From: a virus | Virus record (IMG/VR): IMGVR_UViG_3300021087_000857 | Coordinates: 1-64,000 of that record | DNA length: 64,000 bases | Direction: 5' to 3' (one strand) | In this document: positions 1 to 8,961 of the stretch, one piece after another | How positions within the stretch are numbered: the stretch's first letter is position 1 | How the letters are laid out: each line of letters begins with the position of its first letter | Notes under the pieces: generated by a model | Told to the model about the DNA's origin: nothing | Seen by the model: only the letters and a program-made list of their open reading frames with translations | Databases searched by the model: none | Position numbers and translations under genes: made by a program

Positions 1-129
1 ATGAATAAAACAACAATCAAAAGACAACTATGGGCAACAGTGTTTCTAGCTGGAATATGTATTCTAGCAGGACTGTATGCAATATACGATTACTTTGATC
101 AGATATTGAGAGCGTATTTCTTTAGATGA
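1..129 (+). CDS. small membrane protein, 42 aa (may be 5'-partial)
   Basis: MNKTTIKRQLWATVFLAGICILAGLYAIYDYF...R*; one hydrophobic segment; ATGA overlap with next gene; below ORF-track cutoff. Confidence 0.6.
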   Translation: MNKTTIKRQLWATVFLAGICILAGLYAIYDYFDQILRAYFFR

Positions 130-1643
130 GTACCGTATGGGGAGTCAATGTAGGAACCCACGATAGCAGTATTGCTAGTGTAGTTGATGGCGAATTAGTA
201 TTCGCTGCACATTCAGAACGCAGTAGTCGTAAAAAGAACGACAGAGACCTACATCCAGACACAGTAATGCAAACACTAGACGCTGGTGGGTATCCAGATA
301 GAGTTGTGTTTTATGAACGTGACATGTGGAAACGTGCTAGGCAAATATGGGCAGGACAATATCATACTGCATTTAACAAACCAATAGTAAAGAGTTGTAT
401 TCCTTATTTGGGTTGGTTAAACAGAGAAGGTAATCCCGAACTACGCAAGTATAACAGTGTAGCACATCATCACAGTCATGCAGCCGCAGGTTACTACACA
501 AGCAACTACAGAGATGCCGCAGTATTGGTTGTAGATAGCATTGGTGAATGGGAAACACTAAGCATATGGAAGGGACAAGACAGAGAACTAAAACGTGTGT
601 TTAGTCAAGGATATCCAAACAGTGTGGGTTTATGGTATAGTGCTATGACTCAACGAATTGGATTAAAACCCAACGAAGATGAATACATATTAATGGGTTG
701 GGCCGCATTAGGCGATCCTGAACGTTTTAAGAAGCGTATCTTTGAAGACTTCTTTTATCCACTTAAACCAAATAGTCCTAGAATCAAATTCCGTCATAAC
801 TTACACCGAGGTTGTACTTGGTGGGCTCCAGAACTTAATACAATACAAGATTATGCCGACATAGCCGCAGCCACACAAGCAGTTTATGAATATGTATTCA
901 AACATTTAATTAAACAAACAAAGAAGTTAGTAGACAGTGATAACCTAGTTGTTATGGGTGGTTGTGCATTAAATTGTGTTGCAAACAGTATAGCATACAA
1001 CGAATACAATGGAAATGTTTGGATAATGCCTAACCCAGGTGATGCAGGCAGTAGTTTGGGTGCAGTATTGGCCTATCAACAAGATTTTATAGAGTGGACA
1101 GGTCCTTATCAAGGATACAACATTGCAGGCGACTATCCAGTAAACAATACGCTAAAACAATTGCAATCAACAGGACTAGTTGGAGTTGCTAACGGCAAAG
1201 CAGAGTTTGGACCTAGAGCATTGGGTAATAGAAGTTTACTAGCAGACCCTCGTGGAACAGATGTCAAAGACAGGGTAAATACTGTCAAGCGTAGACAAGA
1301 ATTTAGGCCTTTTGCACCAGTTATACTTGAAGCAGATGCAAGTGATTACTTTGATGGACCAGTTGGACCATACATGCAATACACAAGTGTTTGTAAACAA
1401 CCGGAATTGTTTCCTGCTATTGCACATTTAGATAACACAAGCAGAGTACAAACTGTGAACAAACAACAACACCCAGGCTTATTTGAGCTACTTACTAAAT
1501 GGAAAAACAAAACAGGTTGTCCTATGTTGTTGAATACAAGTTTAAACATCAAAGGCGAACCAATGGTAGATACTGAAGCAGACGCAGAGCGTTGGCAGGA
1601 ACAATACAATGTTCCAGTATTCACAAAAGAGGGCAAACAATGA
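126..1643 (+). CDS. O-carbamoyltransferase (NodU/CmcH/TobZ family)
   Basis: HDSS, SERSSRKKND, HHHSHAAAGY, VVDSIGE, EYILMG, GGCALNCVAN, PGDAGSSLGA, EFGPRALGNRS, RPFAP, LLNTSLN motifs. Confidence 0.95.
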   Translation: MSTVWGVNVGTHDSSIASVVDGELVFAAHSERSSRKKNDRDLHPDTVMQTLDAGGYPDRVVFYERDMWKRARQIWAGQYHTAFNKPIVKSCIPYLGWLNREGNPELRKYNSVAHHHSHAAAGYYTSNYRDAAVLVVDSIGEWETLSIWKGQDRELKRVFSQGYPNSVGLWYSAMTQRIGLKPNEDEYILMGWAALGDPERFKKRIFEDFFYPLKPNSPRIKFRHNLHRGCTWWAPELNTIQDYADIAAATQAVYEYVFKHLIKQTKKLVDSDNLVVMGGCALNCVANSIAYNEYNGNVWIMPNPGDAGSSLGAVLAYQQDFIEWTGPYQGYNIAGDYPVNNTLKQLQSTGLVGVANGKAEFGPRALGNRSLLADPRGTDVKDRVNTVKRRQEFRPFAPVILEADASDYFDGPVGPYMQYTSVCKQPELFPAIAHLDNTSRVQTVNKQQHPGLFELLTKWKNKTGCPMLLNTSLNIKGEPMVDTEADAERWQEQYNVPVFTKEGKQ

Positions 1644-1744
1644 TTAGTTGGATTAAGAACAAAATTGCAGAATGGAAATACAAACGCAAAATGAAAAAGA
1701 AATTAGAAGAACTAAAGAAAAAGGACCCATTTATTTACGACTAG
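1640..1744 (+). CDS. 34-aa basic micro-protein ending ...KKKDPFIYD
   Basis: ATGA-coupled to the carbamoyltransferase stop; MISWIKNKIAEWKYKRKMKKKLEELKKKDPFIYD; missed by ORF track. Confidence 0.7.
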   Translation: MISWIKNKIAEWKYKRKMKKKLEELKKKDPFIYD

Positions 1745-1755
1745 AAAGGAATGCT

Positions 1756-1968
1756 ATGGCACACTCAATAGAACAAGTATACGACAAAATAAAAGTACTA
1801 CACACAAAAGGTTTAATGTTACACAGAGAACGTTATAAAACTGCAGGTAGTTACGATAAAGTACAAGTACAATTTATGTTAGACGATATAAGAGCATTAG
1901 CAGGTGATATTCAACACGGGTTAGTAGATCTAGATATTGAATTCAGCAAGACAGACACAGAAGAATAA
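1756..1968 (+). CDS. hypothetical protein
   Basis: AAGGA SD before ATG 1756 (track start 1672 overlaps the micro-ORF). Confidence 0.6.
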   Translation: MAHSIEQVYDKIKVLHTKGLMLHRERYKTAGSYDKVQVQFMLDDIRALAGDIQHGLVDLDIEFSKTDTEE

Positions 1969-2306
1969 TGGAACATTTAAAAAAATATATAGGTTTATAT
2001 CTTTTAGCAATAATTGGGTTAGCAATCTATTTTGATGCAGCCGAGGATAGTTATCCAGTATGGGTATGGTGGTTGCTAATTCCTGTAGTACTATGGAAGA
2101 CACCACCTTTTAATATTGGTGATTGGTTCTGGGGTAAAATAGCAAGTTTTTGGATGTGGATATTGAAACCATTTACTACATGGCAAACCACTTGGCCTAC
2201 ATGGGTAAGGTATGTGTTTGGTATCGTACTTATTATATTGTTTGAAGAATATATTTTAAAGCCAGCAGGATATACAATGTATCCTTGGAGAATGGATTTT
2301 TCATAA
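1968..2306 (+). CDS. membrane protein, Trp-rich
   Basis: Several hydrophobic segments; TAATG coupling on both sides. Confidence 0.7.
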   Translation: MEHLKKYIGLYLLAIIGLAIYFDAAEDSYPVWVWWLLIPVVLWKTPPFNIGDWFWGKIASFWMWILKPFTTWQTTWPTWVRYVFGIVLIILFEEYILKPAGYTMYPWRMDFS

Positions 2307-2671
2307 TGTTTGATAGCAAAAAGCCAACCGCACAGATGTTGGGCAGGTGGCAACCGTTTCACGATGGACATTACAAGTTGTTCAAAGAGATTTTAAAAAA
2401 GACAGGTCAAGTATTAATAATGGTTAGAGATGTACAAGGTGTAGACGATAACCCATTTGATTTTGATACAGTTAAAAAGAATATAGAAGATAGACTTAAT
2501 CCAGAATTTGCAGAACAATTTAAAATAATACTAGTACCAAACATAACAAATATCTGTTATGGTAGAGGTGTCGGATACAAAATTGAGGAAATAGTTTTGG
2601 ATGAGGAAACACAAAAAATATCAGCTACTAAGATTAGAGCTAAAATGAGAGATAAGGGAGAGTTAAAATAA
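2306..2671 (+). CDS. cytidylyltransferase-like (HxGH) nucleotidyltransferase
   Basis: GRWQPFHDGH (HxGH), DNPF, ISATKIR; TAATG-coupled start at 2306. Confidence 0.85.
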   Translation: MFDSKKPTAQMLGRWQPFHDGHYKLFKEILKKTGQVLIMVRDVQGVDDNPFDFDTVKKNIEDRLNPEFAEQFKIILVPNITNICYGRGVGYKIEEIVLDEETQKISATKIRAKMRDKGELK

Positions 2672-3384
2672 TGAATACATTAATTGACGTATTTGAAAAA
2701 AGGCATACAACATTCGCATGGGACGAAGAACGTATACCAGAGAGAGAATTAATACTAGAAGCATTAAAAGAAGTACATGCTCATATACCAAGTAAAAACT
2801 TGCAATTCCCATATCAAGTTAGATTAATGCGTAATGATGATCCTGCTATAAGAAAACAAATAATGGGAATCTGTCAAAGAAATATGCACATGACTATAGA
2901 AGAAGATCATGGAAATCCACAAGTACTTGCACCTTGGCTAATAGGTTTTAATGCAAGATTCGTTGCAGACTTAGAAAGACGATATGAACCTGACAGTGTT
3001 AGAGGAGTATATGATGGTGAAGGTAAAGGAAAACTTAGAACCAATGATGAACATGGTGCTCAAACACAAACAGAAAACATAGAGATTGGTATCTTTAGTG
3101 CATATATAATGCTTGCACTTGCTAACAGAGGAATTCAAACTGGTATGTGTGCAAACATTTGCATTAACTATGAAGAAGCTACTGAAATATTTAAGTTAGA
3201 AGAAGATGAAAAGGCATTAGATTTTAGATTTATTATGGGTATTGGGTATGGTAAAGATATTGAAACAAGACACGACTATCTTGATCCAAGAATTAATAAA
3301 GAAAAACCTATTCCATTTGCACCAGTAGATGTTGAAGAAATATATCCTAGACCAGCGTTTGACGATATTATTGTACAATTGTAA
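2671..3384 (+). CDS. nitroreductase-family protein
   Basis: KRHTTFAW, PSKNLQFPY, IMLALANRGIQTGMC, MGIGY pattern of FMN nitroreductases. Confidence 0.75.
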   Translation: MNTLIDVFEKRHTTFAWDEERIPERELILEALKEVHAHIPSKNLQFPYQVRLMRNDDPAIRKQIMGICQRNMHMTIEEDHGNPQVLAPWLIGFNARFVADLERRYEPDSVRGVYDGEGKGKLRTNDEHGAQTQTENIEIGIFSAYIMLALANRGIQTGMCANICINYEEATEIFKLEEDEKALDFRFIMGIGYGKDIETRHDYLDPRINKEKPIPFAPVDVEEIYPRPAFDDIIVQL

Positions 3385-3389
3385 AAAGT

Positions 3390-4667
3390 ATGAATGGTTC
3401 TGATTCATTAATATACCATAAATGGAATAAGCAAGGTAAATTAGAAAACAATTTATGCAAGCATCCATTTACAGGGTTTTATATAGGACCAACAGGTAAT
3501 ATAGTTCTTTGTTGTATGGGACAGGATCTCCCCTTGGCACATATTGATAATGTAGATGATTTGGAATTATTCTATAACGATTCCGTAATGGAAAAATTTA
3601 GAAAAGGACTAGGACAAGGAAAATACTCAATAATGCCACCTTGTAATACTTGCTATCAAATGGAACTACAAGATTTAAACCCATTTAAAACTTCAATGGG
3701 CAATACTTTTAAATTTAAAAACTTTGATGATGATTGGAAGGCTTGGCAGATGAACGATCATAGGCCAATGAGATATTTAGAATATACATTGAGCAATATA
3801 TGTAACGCCGATTGTGCCACATGCAACAGCGAATGGTCTAGTAAATGGCAAGAACTAGATAGAAAGTTTAATAGATCAGTTACTCCACTTCAAAAGGTTG
3901 CAGATAAAAATATTGCAAAGATAGAAAAAGTTTTATACGGGTTAGAACATTTAATGATTAAAGGTGGCGAACCTTTCGCTGATATTAGAAATATAAGAAT
4001 ACTACAAAAGTTAATTGAAGTTAATCCTAATTGCCAAGTACATATAGTAAGTAACTTTCATGCAATAACTCCCGAAGCAATGGATATAATAGCAAACCTA
4101 CCTAACGTAAACTTTATAGCTAGTATAGACGCAGTTACTTCTGAGACATATAAATGGATTAGAGGAGGCAACTTTGAAAAAACAATTGCTAATATGAAAA
4201 CCGTTAGCAAATTAACAAATAATAAAATATCAGTAAACGTTACTATTTCTCTATATAACTATTTTCTACTAGATAAAATTAGAAAGTTCTTTGCTGAACA
4301 ACAACTGGAAGGATATTTTAAGAATATAAATTTTAGTAGTATTGCACGAGAGCCTCATCATACAATTGGATTATTGCCAGAGCAACTGTATAATAAACAA
4401 CAAGATAAGTTAAAAAAACACTTTGCTGATGATAATAATCAACTTGAGTTCAATGAACTCAACTGTAATATTGTTAATACAAGTGCAATATATTTAGATT
4501 ATGAGAAAATACTAAAACCTTCTTATAATAGTGATACACCAATTGAAGAAAGAGAAAAATTAATGAAAGATTTGTTTTTTCGTACTTTAGACCAAATGAA
4601 CGAGCATAGAGGGTTTGATCTATGTGATTATGTTCCAGAATTAAAAGAATGGCGAATAAACACTTGA
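3390..4667 (+). CDS. radical SAM protein with N-terminal SPASM/twitch domain
   Basis: CNADCATC, GGEPF; N-terminal CKHPF...LCC...CNTC. Confidence 0.9.
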   Translation: MNGSDSLIYHKWNKQGKLENNLCKHPFTGFYIGPTGNIVLCCMGQDLPLAHIDNVDDLELFYNDSVMEKFRKGLGQGKYSIMPPCNTCYQMELQDLNPFKTSMGNTFKFKNFDDDWKAWQMNDHRPMRYLEYTLSNICNADCATCNSEWSSKWQELDRKFNRSVTPLQKVADKNIAKIEKVLYGLEHLMIKGGEPFADIRNIRILQKLIEVNPNCQVHIVSNFHAITPEAMDIIANLPNVNFIASIDAVTSETYKWIRGGNFEKTIANMKTVSKLTNNKISVNVTISLYNYFLLDKIRKFFAEQQLEGYFKNINFSSIAREPHHTIGLLPEQLYNKQQDKLKKHFADDNNQLEFNELNCNIVNTSAIYLDYEKILKPSYNSDTPIEEREKLMKDLFFRTLDQMNEHRGFDLCDYVPELKEWRINT

Positions 4668-4692
4668 CAACAGTCTACAAGTACACTATAAT
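4664..4692 (+). promoter_or_regulatory. sigma70-type promoter
   Basis: TTGACA-17 nt-TATAAT, perfect consensus; followed by hairpin TCTGCTA-ctaa-TAGCAGA (4701-4718). Confidence 0.85.
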
Positions 4693-4733
4693 AATACTAA
4701 TCTGCTACTAATAGCAGAGTAAAGGAGCAATAA

Positions 4734-4868
4734 ATGGGATATTTTATTCTCGGGATACTAATAGGTTGGCTTGTACCAAGACCTAAATTAATAGGTAAGG
4801 CAGAAGCAGCAATATGGAATCCAATTAAACAAAAGATGCCAAAGAGCATAACAAAGCACTTTGGGTAA
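4734..4868 (+). CDS. small membrane-anchored protein, 44 aa
   Basis: AAGGAG SD; MGYFILGILIGWLVPRPK...; missed by track. Confidence 0.7.
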   Translation: MGYFILGILIGWLVPRPKLIGKAEAAIWNPIKQKMPKSITKHFG

Positions 4869-4880
4869 GAAAAGGAAATA

Positions 4881-5102
4881 ATGACTACAGGAAAAATAAA
4901 ATGGTTCAATCCAACTAAAGGATATGGATTCATTGAAACTAGCGAACAAGAGTCTGATGTGTTTTTACACATTTCAGCACTACAAGAAGCTGGTATTCAA
5001 ACTATAACTGAGGGTGACGATGTTACTTTCGATATAGGAGAAAACAGAGGTAAAACTACTGCTGTTAATATCAAAAAAGTCGCTACTAGCGAACAAGAAT
5101 AA
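4881..5102 (+). CDS. cspA: cold-shock protein
   Basis: GKIKWFNPTKGYGFI (RNP1), DVFLHISAL (RNP2). Confidence 0.95.
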   Translation: MTTGKIKWFNPTKGYGFIETSEQESDVFLHISALQEAGIQTITEGDDVTFDIGENRGKTTAVNIKKVATSEQE

Positions 5103-5115
5103 GGGAGAAAACATT

Positions 5116-5292
5116 ATGAATACACATGATGAAATCGTAGTAAGTTACGAAACATATCTTGCAGAGCATCAAAACTTTGAAGATAAAGGCGTCAAAGCCG
5201 CTGCCGCACGTGCCAGAAAAGCACTAGGCAACATTGGAAAACTTTCAAAAGAAAGACGTAAGGAAATCCAAGAAAAGAAAAACAATCTATAG
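5116..5292 (+). CDS. histone H1-like (Hc1-type) small basic protein, 58 aa
   Basis: GGGAG SD; ...FEDKGVKAAAARARKALGNIGKLSKERRKEIQEKKNNL; missed by track. Confidence 0.7.
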   Translation: MNTHDEIVVSYETYLAEHQNFEDKGVKAAAARARKALGNIGKLSKERRKEIQEKKNNL

Positions 5293-5302
5293 GAGAGGGC
5301 CC

Positions 5303-5566
5303 TTGTGGAAATCACTAAAAGATTTACCTACCTTAACTGAATTATTTTTTGGTAAAGGTGTTGACCCTGCAACGTATAAAGGTGAGAATCATGCACCTGC
5401 ATACTTGTCAGGGAAAGGTAAGAAAAAATCATCTAAAAAAAGCACAACCAAGAAGAAGCCTATTCAGGAGGTGAACTCGGCGACTTCTAAGGCTAAGGAT
5501 AAGAAAGCAATCAGTAAGAAACTGACTGCTGAAAAACCTAAAACGATGAAAACTATGAAAGAGTAA
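5303..5566 (+). CDS. Lys-rich basic protein
   Basis: AGGAG at 5291 then in-frame TTG 5303; C-terminal K/S/T low-complexity tail. Confidence 0.6.
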   Translation: MWKSLKDLPTLTELFFGKGVDPATYKGENHAPAYLSGKGKKKSSKKSTTKKKPIQEVNSATSKAKDKKAISKKLTAEKPKTMKTMKE

Positions 5567-5568
5567 TA

Positions 5569-6264
5569 ATGAATAGCAAGATTGCAAAAGAACTAAACGA
5601 ACTATTAATAGCTAGTCCACAATTGATGCGTAATAATGCATTACTTAGTCAAGCAGTAAATGGAACGTTTGGTGTTTTGATAAAGCCTACAGAACTTTAT
5701 CATACAAGCATAAACGATCTTGCTGACATTATTGATCATGCAGTACTAGAAAACTATTTTAGTAAAGTATGGCAACCACAAACAAAGAAATACAAATATA
5801 GTGGATTAAGTATTATTGACGAAGTTAACAAACTTAAACCTAGAAGTGTATTAGATTTGGGATGTGGATACAACGAGTTCAAAGGTAAAATAAGTAACCT
5901 AATTGGAGTTGATCCTTATAATGACAAAGCAGATGTTAAAAGTAGTATTATAGATTATAATAGTACAGAGCCATTTGATATTGTTATTTGTTTAGGAAGT
6001 ATTAATTTTGGTTCAGTTGATAAAATATATAATGAACTAGAACATGCAGTTAATTTAACAACAACAAATGGGTTACTTTACTTTAGAGCAAACCCAGGAA
6101 CACAACACAAGGCACCAGAAGCCAAGTGGATTGATTTTTTTAACTGGAATAGCCAATTTATTATTAACAGTGCTTCAACTTTAAACTGTTCTATTCTTGA
6201 TCTAAGACAAGAAGACGGTGATAGAGGCTCTAGATACTACTTTGTGCTAAGAAAAGATAAATAA
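5569..6264 (+). CDS. class I SAM-dependent methyltransferase
   Basis: VLDLGCG motif I, GVDPY, FDIVICLGSINFG; paralog of 47323..48042. Confidence 0.8.
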   Translation: MNSKIAKELNELLIASPQLMRNNALLSQAVNGTFGVLIKPTELYHTSINDLADIIDHAVLENYFSKVWQPQTKKYKYSGLSIIDEVNKLKPRSVLDLGCGYNEFKGKISNLIGVDPYNDKADVKSSIIDYNSTEPFDIVICLGSINFGSVDKIYNELEHAVNLTTTNGLLYFRANPGTQHKAPEAKWIDFFNWNSQFIINSASTLNCSILDLRQEDGDRGSRYYFVLRKDK

Positions 6265-6274
6265 AACTATACTA

Positions 6275-6412
6275 AACAATACAGAGTTGTATTGTTCCAA
6301 ACATACGCCATACCCAGACGATCGTCAAGGGACCAGAGGCGTAACTCATCAAAAAAATAATAGATGTTTTACTTAATGCAAAAGAATTGTGTCTTAGGCA
6401 CGGACTTTCTTT
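6275..6412 (+). promoter_or_regulatory. candidate structured 5' leader of tctA (three stem-loops)
   Basis: AACAATACA/TGTATTGTT (6275-6296); TACGCC/GGCGTA enclosing CCC/GGG and GAC/GTC (6304-6343); AAAGAA/TTCTTT enclosing TGTGTC/GGCACG (6381-6412). Confidence 0.45.
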
Positions 6413-6443
6413 GGCTAAAATTCATTACAAGGAACCATAACAC

Positions 6444-7886
6444 ATGAGTGCAATACTTACTTTACTCGCAGGAACATTTTACGGATTAATAATTGGCTTA
6501 ATACCTAGCGCCGGTGCTACCACAGGCTTAGTTGCTATGTTTGGCTTTATTAGTTACTTTGCTTTTGATCCTTACTTGGGTGTTGTATTTTGTATGGCAG
6601 TAGTTGCCGCAAGTACAACAGGTGATACTTATGCAGGAATACTGTTAGGTATTCCGGGTGCAAACAGTGCCGCCGCTACAATGGTAGATGGTTATCCACT
6701 AGCACAACAAGGTAGAGCCACTGAAGCATTAACGGCCGCAATTGTAACATCAACATTAAATGGATTATTTTGGGGTACATTAACATTTGCGTTACTACCT
6801 CAATATGCAAAACTTATTATGTATTTTGGTATTCCAGAACTATGGGCATTTATCTTATTAAGTTTAGCATGTGTGGGTTTTGTTAGTAATAAGTTTTGGT
6901 TCAGAAGTATTATAGCCATATGTGCAGGTATCTTTATAGGATTAATTGGCACAGACCCAATGACAAACTTTGATAGATATACATTTGGTTGGGAATACTT
7001 AGGTGATGGTGTACAACTTATGCCGTTGGTAGCTGGCTTATTTGCTTTCCCTGAAATCATTGCAGGCTGGCGTAGAGGAAATTCTATTGCAACATTAGAT
7101 GGCAAACAAACACATACGCATCAGACTTGGCTAGGCATTAAAGCAGTTTGGAAATATAAATGGGATGCATTACGTGGTGGAGGCATAGGAGCATTTGTTG
7201 GCTTCTTACCAGGACTAGGTGGTGCAATGGGAGATTGGATGAGTTATGGTTCCACAGTAGCCGCTCACCCTAACGAAGAATTTGGAAACGGAAATTTGAG
7301 AGGAGTTGTAGGACCGGAAGGTAGCAACAATGCTCAAAAGGCAACAAGCATGATTCCAACAGTATTGTTTGGAATACCAGGAGCTAGTTTTGCCGCAGTA
7401 CTGTTAGGACTATTTGCTTACTTGGGTTTTGAATTAGGAACACAAGAAATTGCCGCAGATATAAAGTTCTTTGACAGTTTAACATTTGGATTTATGTGGG
7501 CTACAGTTATCACTGGAGTTATTTGTGTAGCATTTAACAAATACATTGCAAAGATAACTTATGTGCCTTACATATACTATTTCCCATTTTTAGTGGGATT
7601 TATAATATGGGCTTGTGTTCAATACACAGGCGGATGGCAAGATTATGCTATATTAGTTGTTACTACTTGTTTAGGTTTGTTTATGAGAAAATACAAGTTT
7701 AGTAGACCAGCTATGTTAATGGCATTTATACTTGCTACTAAAGTAGAAGCATTAACACTACAAATGACAACAATTTATTCTATAGATAGATTGTTAGACA
7801 GACCGTTGTTTTTGGTGATAATGAGTTTTGTTGTTATGTTATTAATATTTGGCATAACAAAAAGAAGTAAACTAGAATACGCTTAA
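6444..7886 (+). CDS. tctA: tripartite tricarboxylate transporter large permease
   Basis: ILLGIPG..SAAATMVDGYPLAQQGRA, GFLPGLGG, FGNGNLRGVVGPEGSNNA, MIPTVLFGIPG, SRPAMLMAFIL; many TM segments. Confidence 0.9.
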   Translation: MSAILTLLAGTFYGLIIGLIPSAGATTGLVAMFGFISYFAFDPYLGVVFCMAVVAASTTGDTYAGILLGIPGANSAAATMVDGYPLAQQGRATEALTAAIVTSTLNGLFWGTLTFALLPQYAKLIMYFGIPELWAFILLSLACVGFVSNKFWFRSIIAICAGIFIGLIGTDPMTNFDRYTFGWEYLGDGVQLMPLVAGLFAFPEIIAGWRRGNSIATLDGKQTHTHQTWLGIKAVWKYKWDALRGGGIGAFVGFLPGLGGAMGDWMSYGSTVAAHPNEEFGNGNLRGVVGPEGSNNAQKATSMIPTVLFGIPGASFAAVLLGLFAYLGFELGTQEIAADIKFFDSLTFGFMWATVITGVICVAFNKYIAKITYVPYIYYFPFLVGFIIWACVQYTGGWQDYAILVVTTCLGLFMRKYKFSRPAMLMAFILATKVEALTLQMTTIYSIDRLLDRPLFLVIMSFVVMLLIFGITKRSKLEYA

Positions 7887-7908
7887 TTTAACTAATAAGG
7901 AGAATAAA

Positions 7909-8961
7909 ATGAAGAAAATTCTATTAGCCCTAGTACTAACACTAGGAATTACATCGTCAGCACTAGCTGAAACATTTACATTTGTTGTTCCACAGAAACC
8001 AGGTTCAGGAACAACTGTATGGACAGAAATTGTTCTAAAAGAACTACAAAGATTTATGCCTGGTCATACTTTGAAACTTAGAAACTTTCCGGGTGCAAGA
8101 GACATTCCAGCAGTTAACGCCTTTCAAAACGAACTAAGATTTGATGATACTATTGTTATGGTATCACATGGTGGTAATGGTGTATCATTCTTACAAGAAG
8201 ATGTAGACTATAACTATGCTGATTGGGAATCAATTGGTATGATGAATTTAAACATTATTGTCGGTAAAAGATTAGATGCTGATTTGGATAATATTATCTT
8301 TGCATCTAAGTCAGGTCGTGTGCCAGATGCAATGGGAATGGCTTTACTATTGTGTGGTAAACTAGACTCAATTGCTGAATACACAACTTGTTTTAAATCA
8401 AAAGTTAACTGGGTACCGGGATTTGGTAATGGTGGTGACAGACGTTTAGCATTTAAACGTGGCGAACTAACTGTTGACAGAGAAAACCCTGCCGCATATA
8501 AGAAGCATATTGCTCCTAATGAAGATGCAGAGCTTTGGTTCCATCATGGAATTCTACAAGCAGACGGTTCACATGCAGATGATCCAAACCACCCAGGTTT
8601 ACAAATGGAAATCTTGTATGAACAAAAGTGGGGTGAGGCTCCATCAGGACCAATGTATGATGCATATGTACTTGTTAAATCATTCCGTGATGCTTTACAA
8701 AAAGCATTTTGGGTAAACGCAGGTAACCCTAATGCAGAGTTGTTACAAAAAGCATTGTTAGAAATGTCTAAAGACCCACAGGCGATTAAGGCTATCCAAA
8801 AGAAAGTTGGAAAGTATGAATGGGTTATTGGTGAAGCAGGAAATGATCGTAGAGATACATTAATGTCATTCATTACTGAAGATTCATTACGTGATTTAGT
8901 TGAATTTTCAAATACTGCTCTAAATATTCCAGCAGTATACAAAGACAAGTTAGTAAAATAA
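7909..8961 (+). CDS. tctC: TctC/Bug-like periplasmic substrate-binding protein
   Basis: Signal peptide; FVVPQKPGSGT, RNFPGA, WVPGFGNGG..RLAFKRGE; adjacent to tctA. Confidence 0.8.
   Translation: MKKILLALVLTLGITSSALAETFTFVVPQKPGSGTTVWTEIVLKELQRFMPGHTLKLRNFPGARDIPAVNAFQNELRFDDTIVMVSHGGNGVSFLQEDVDYNYADWESIGMMNLNIIVGKRLDADLDNIIFASKSGRVPDAMGMALLLCGKLDSIAEYTTCFKSKVNWVPGFGNGGDRRLAFKRGELTVDRENPAAYKKHIAPNEDAELWFHHGILQADGSHADDPNHPGLQMEILYEQKWGEAPSGPMYDAYVLVKSFRDALQKAFWVNAGNPNAELLQKALLEMSKDPQAIKAIQKKVGKYEWVIGEAGNDRRDTLMSFITEDSLRDLVEFSNTALNIPAVYKDKLVK

Noticed and set aside
5234-5302. Track start of the Lys-rich ORF
   Set aside because: Overlaps the Hc1-like gene; SD supports TTG at 5303
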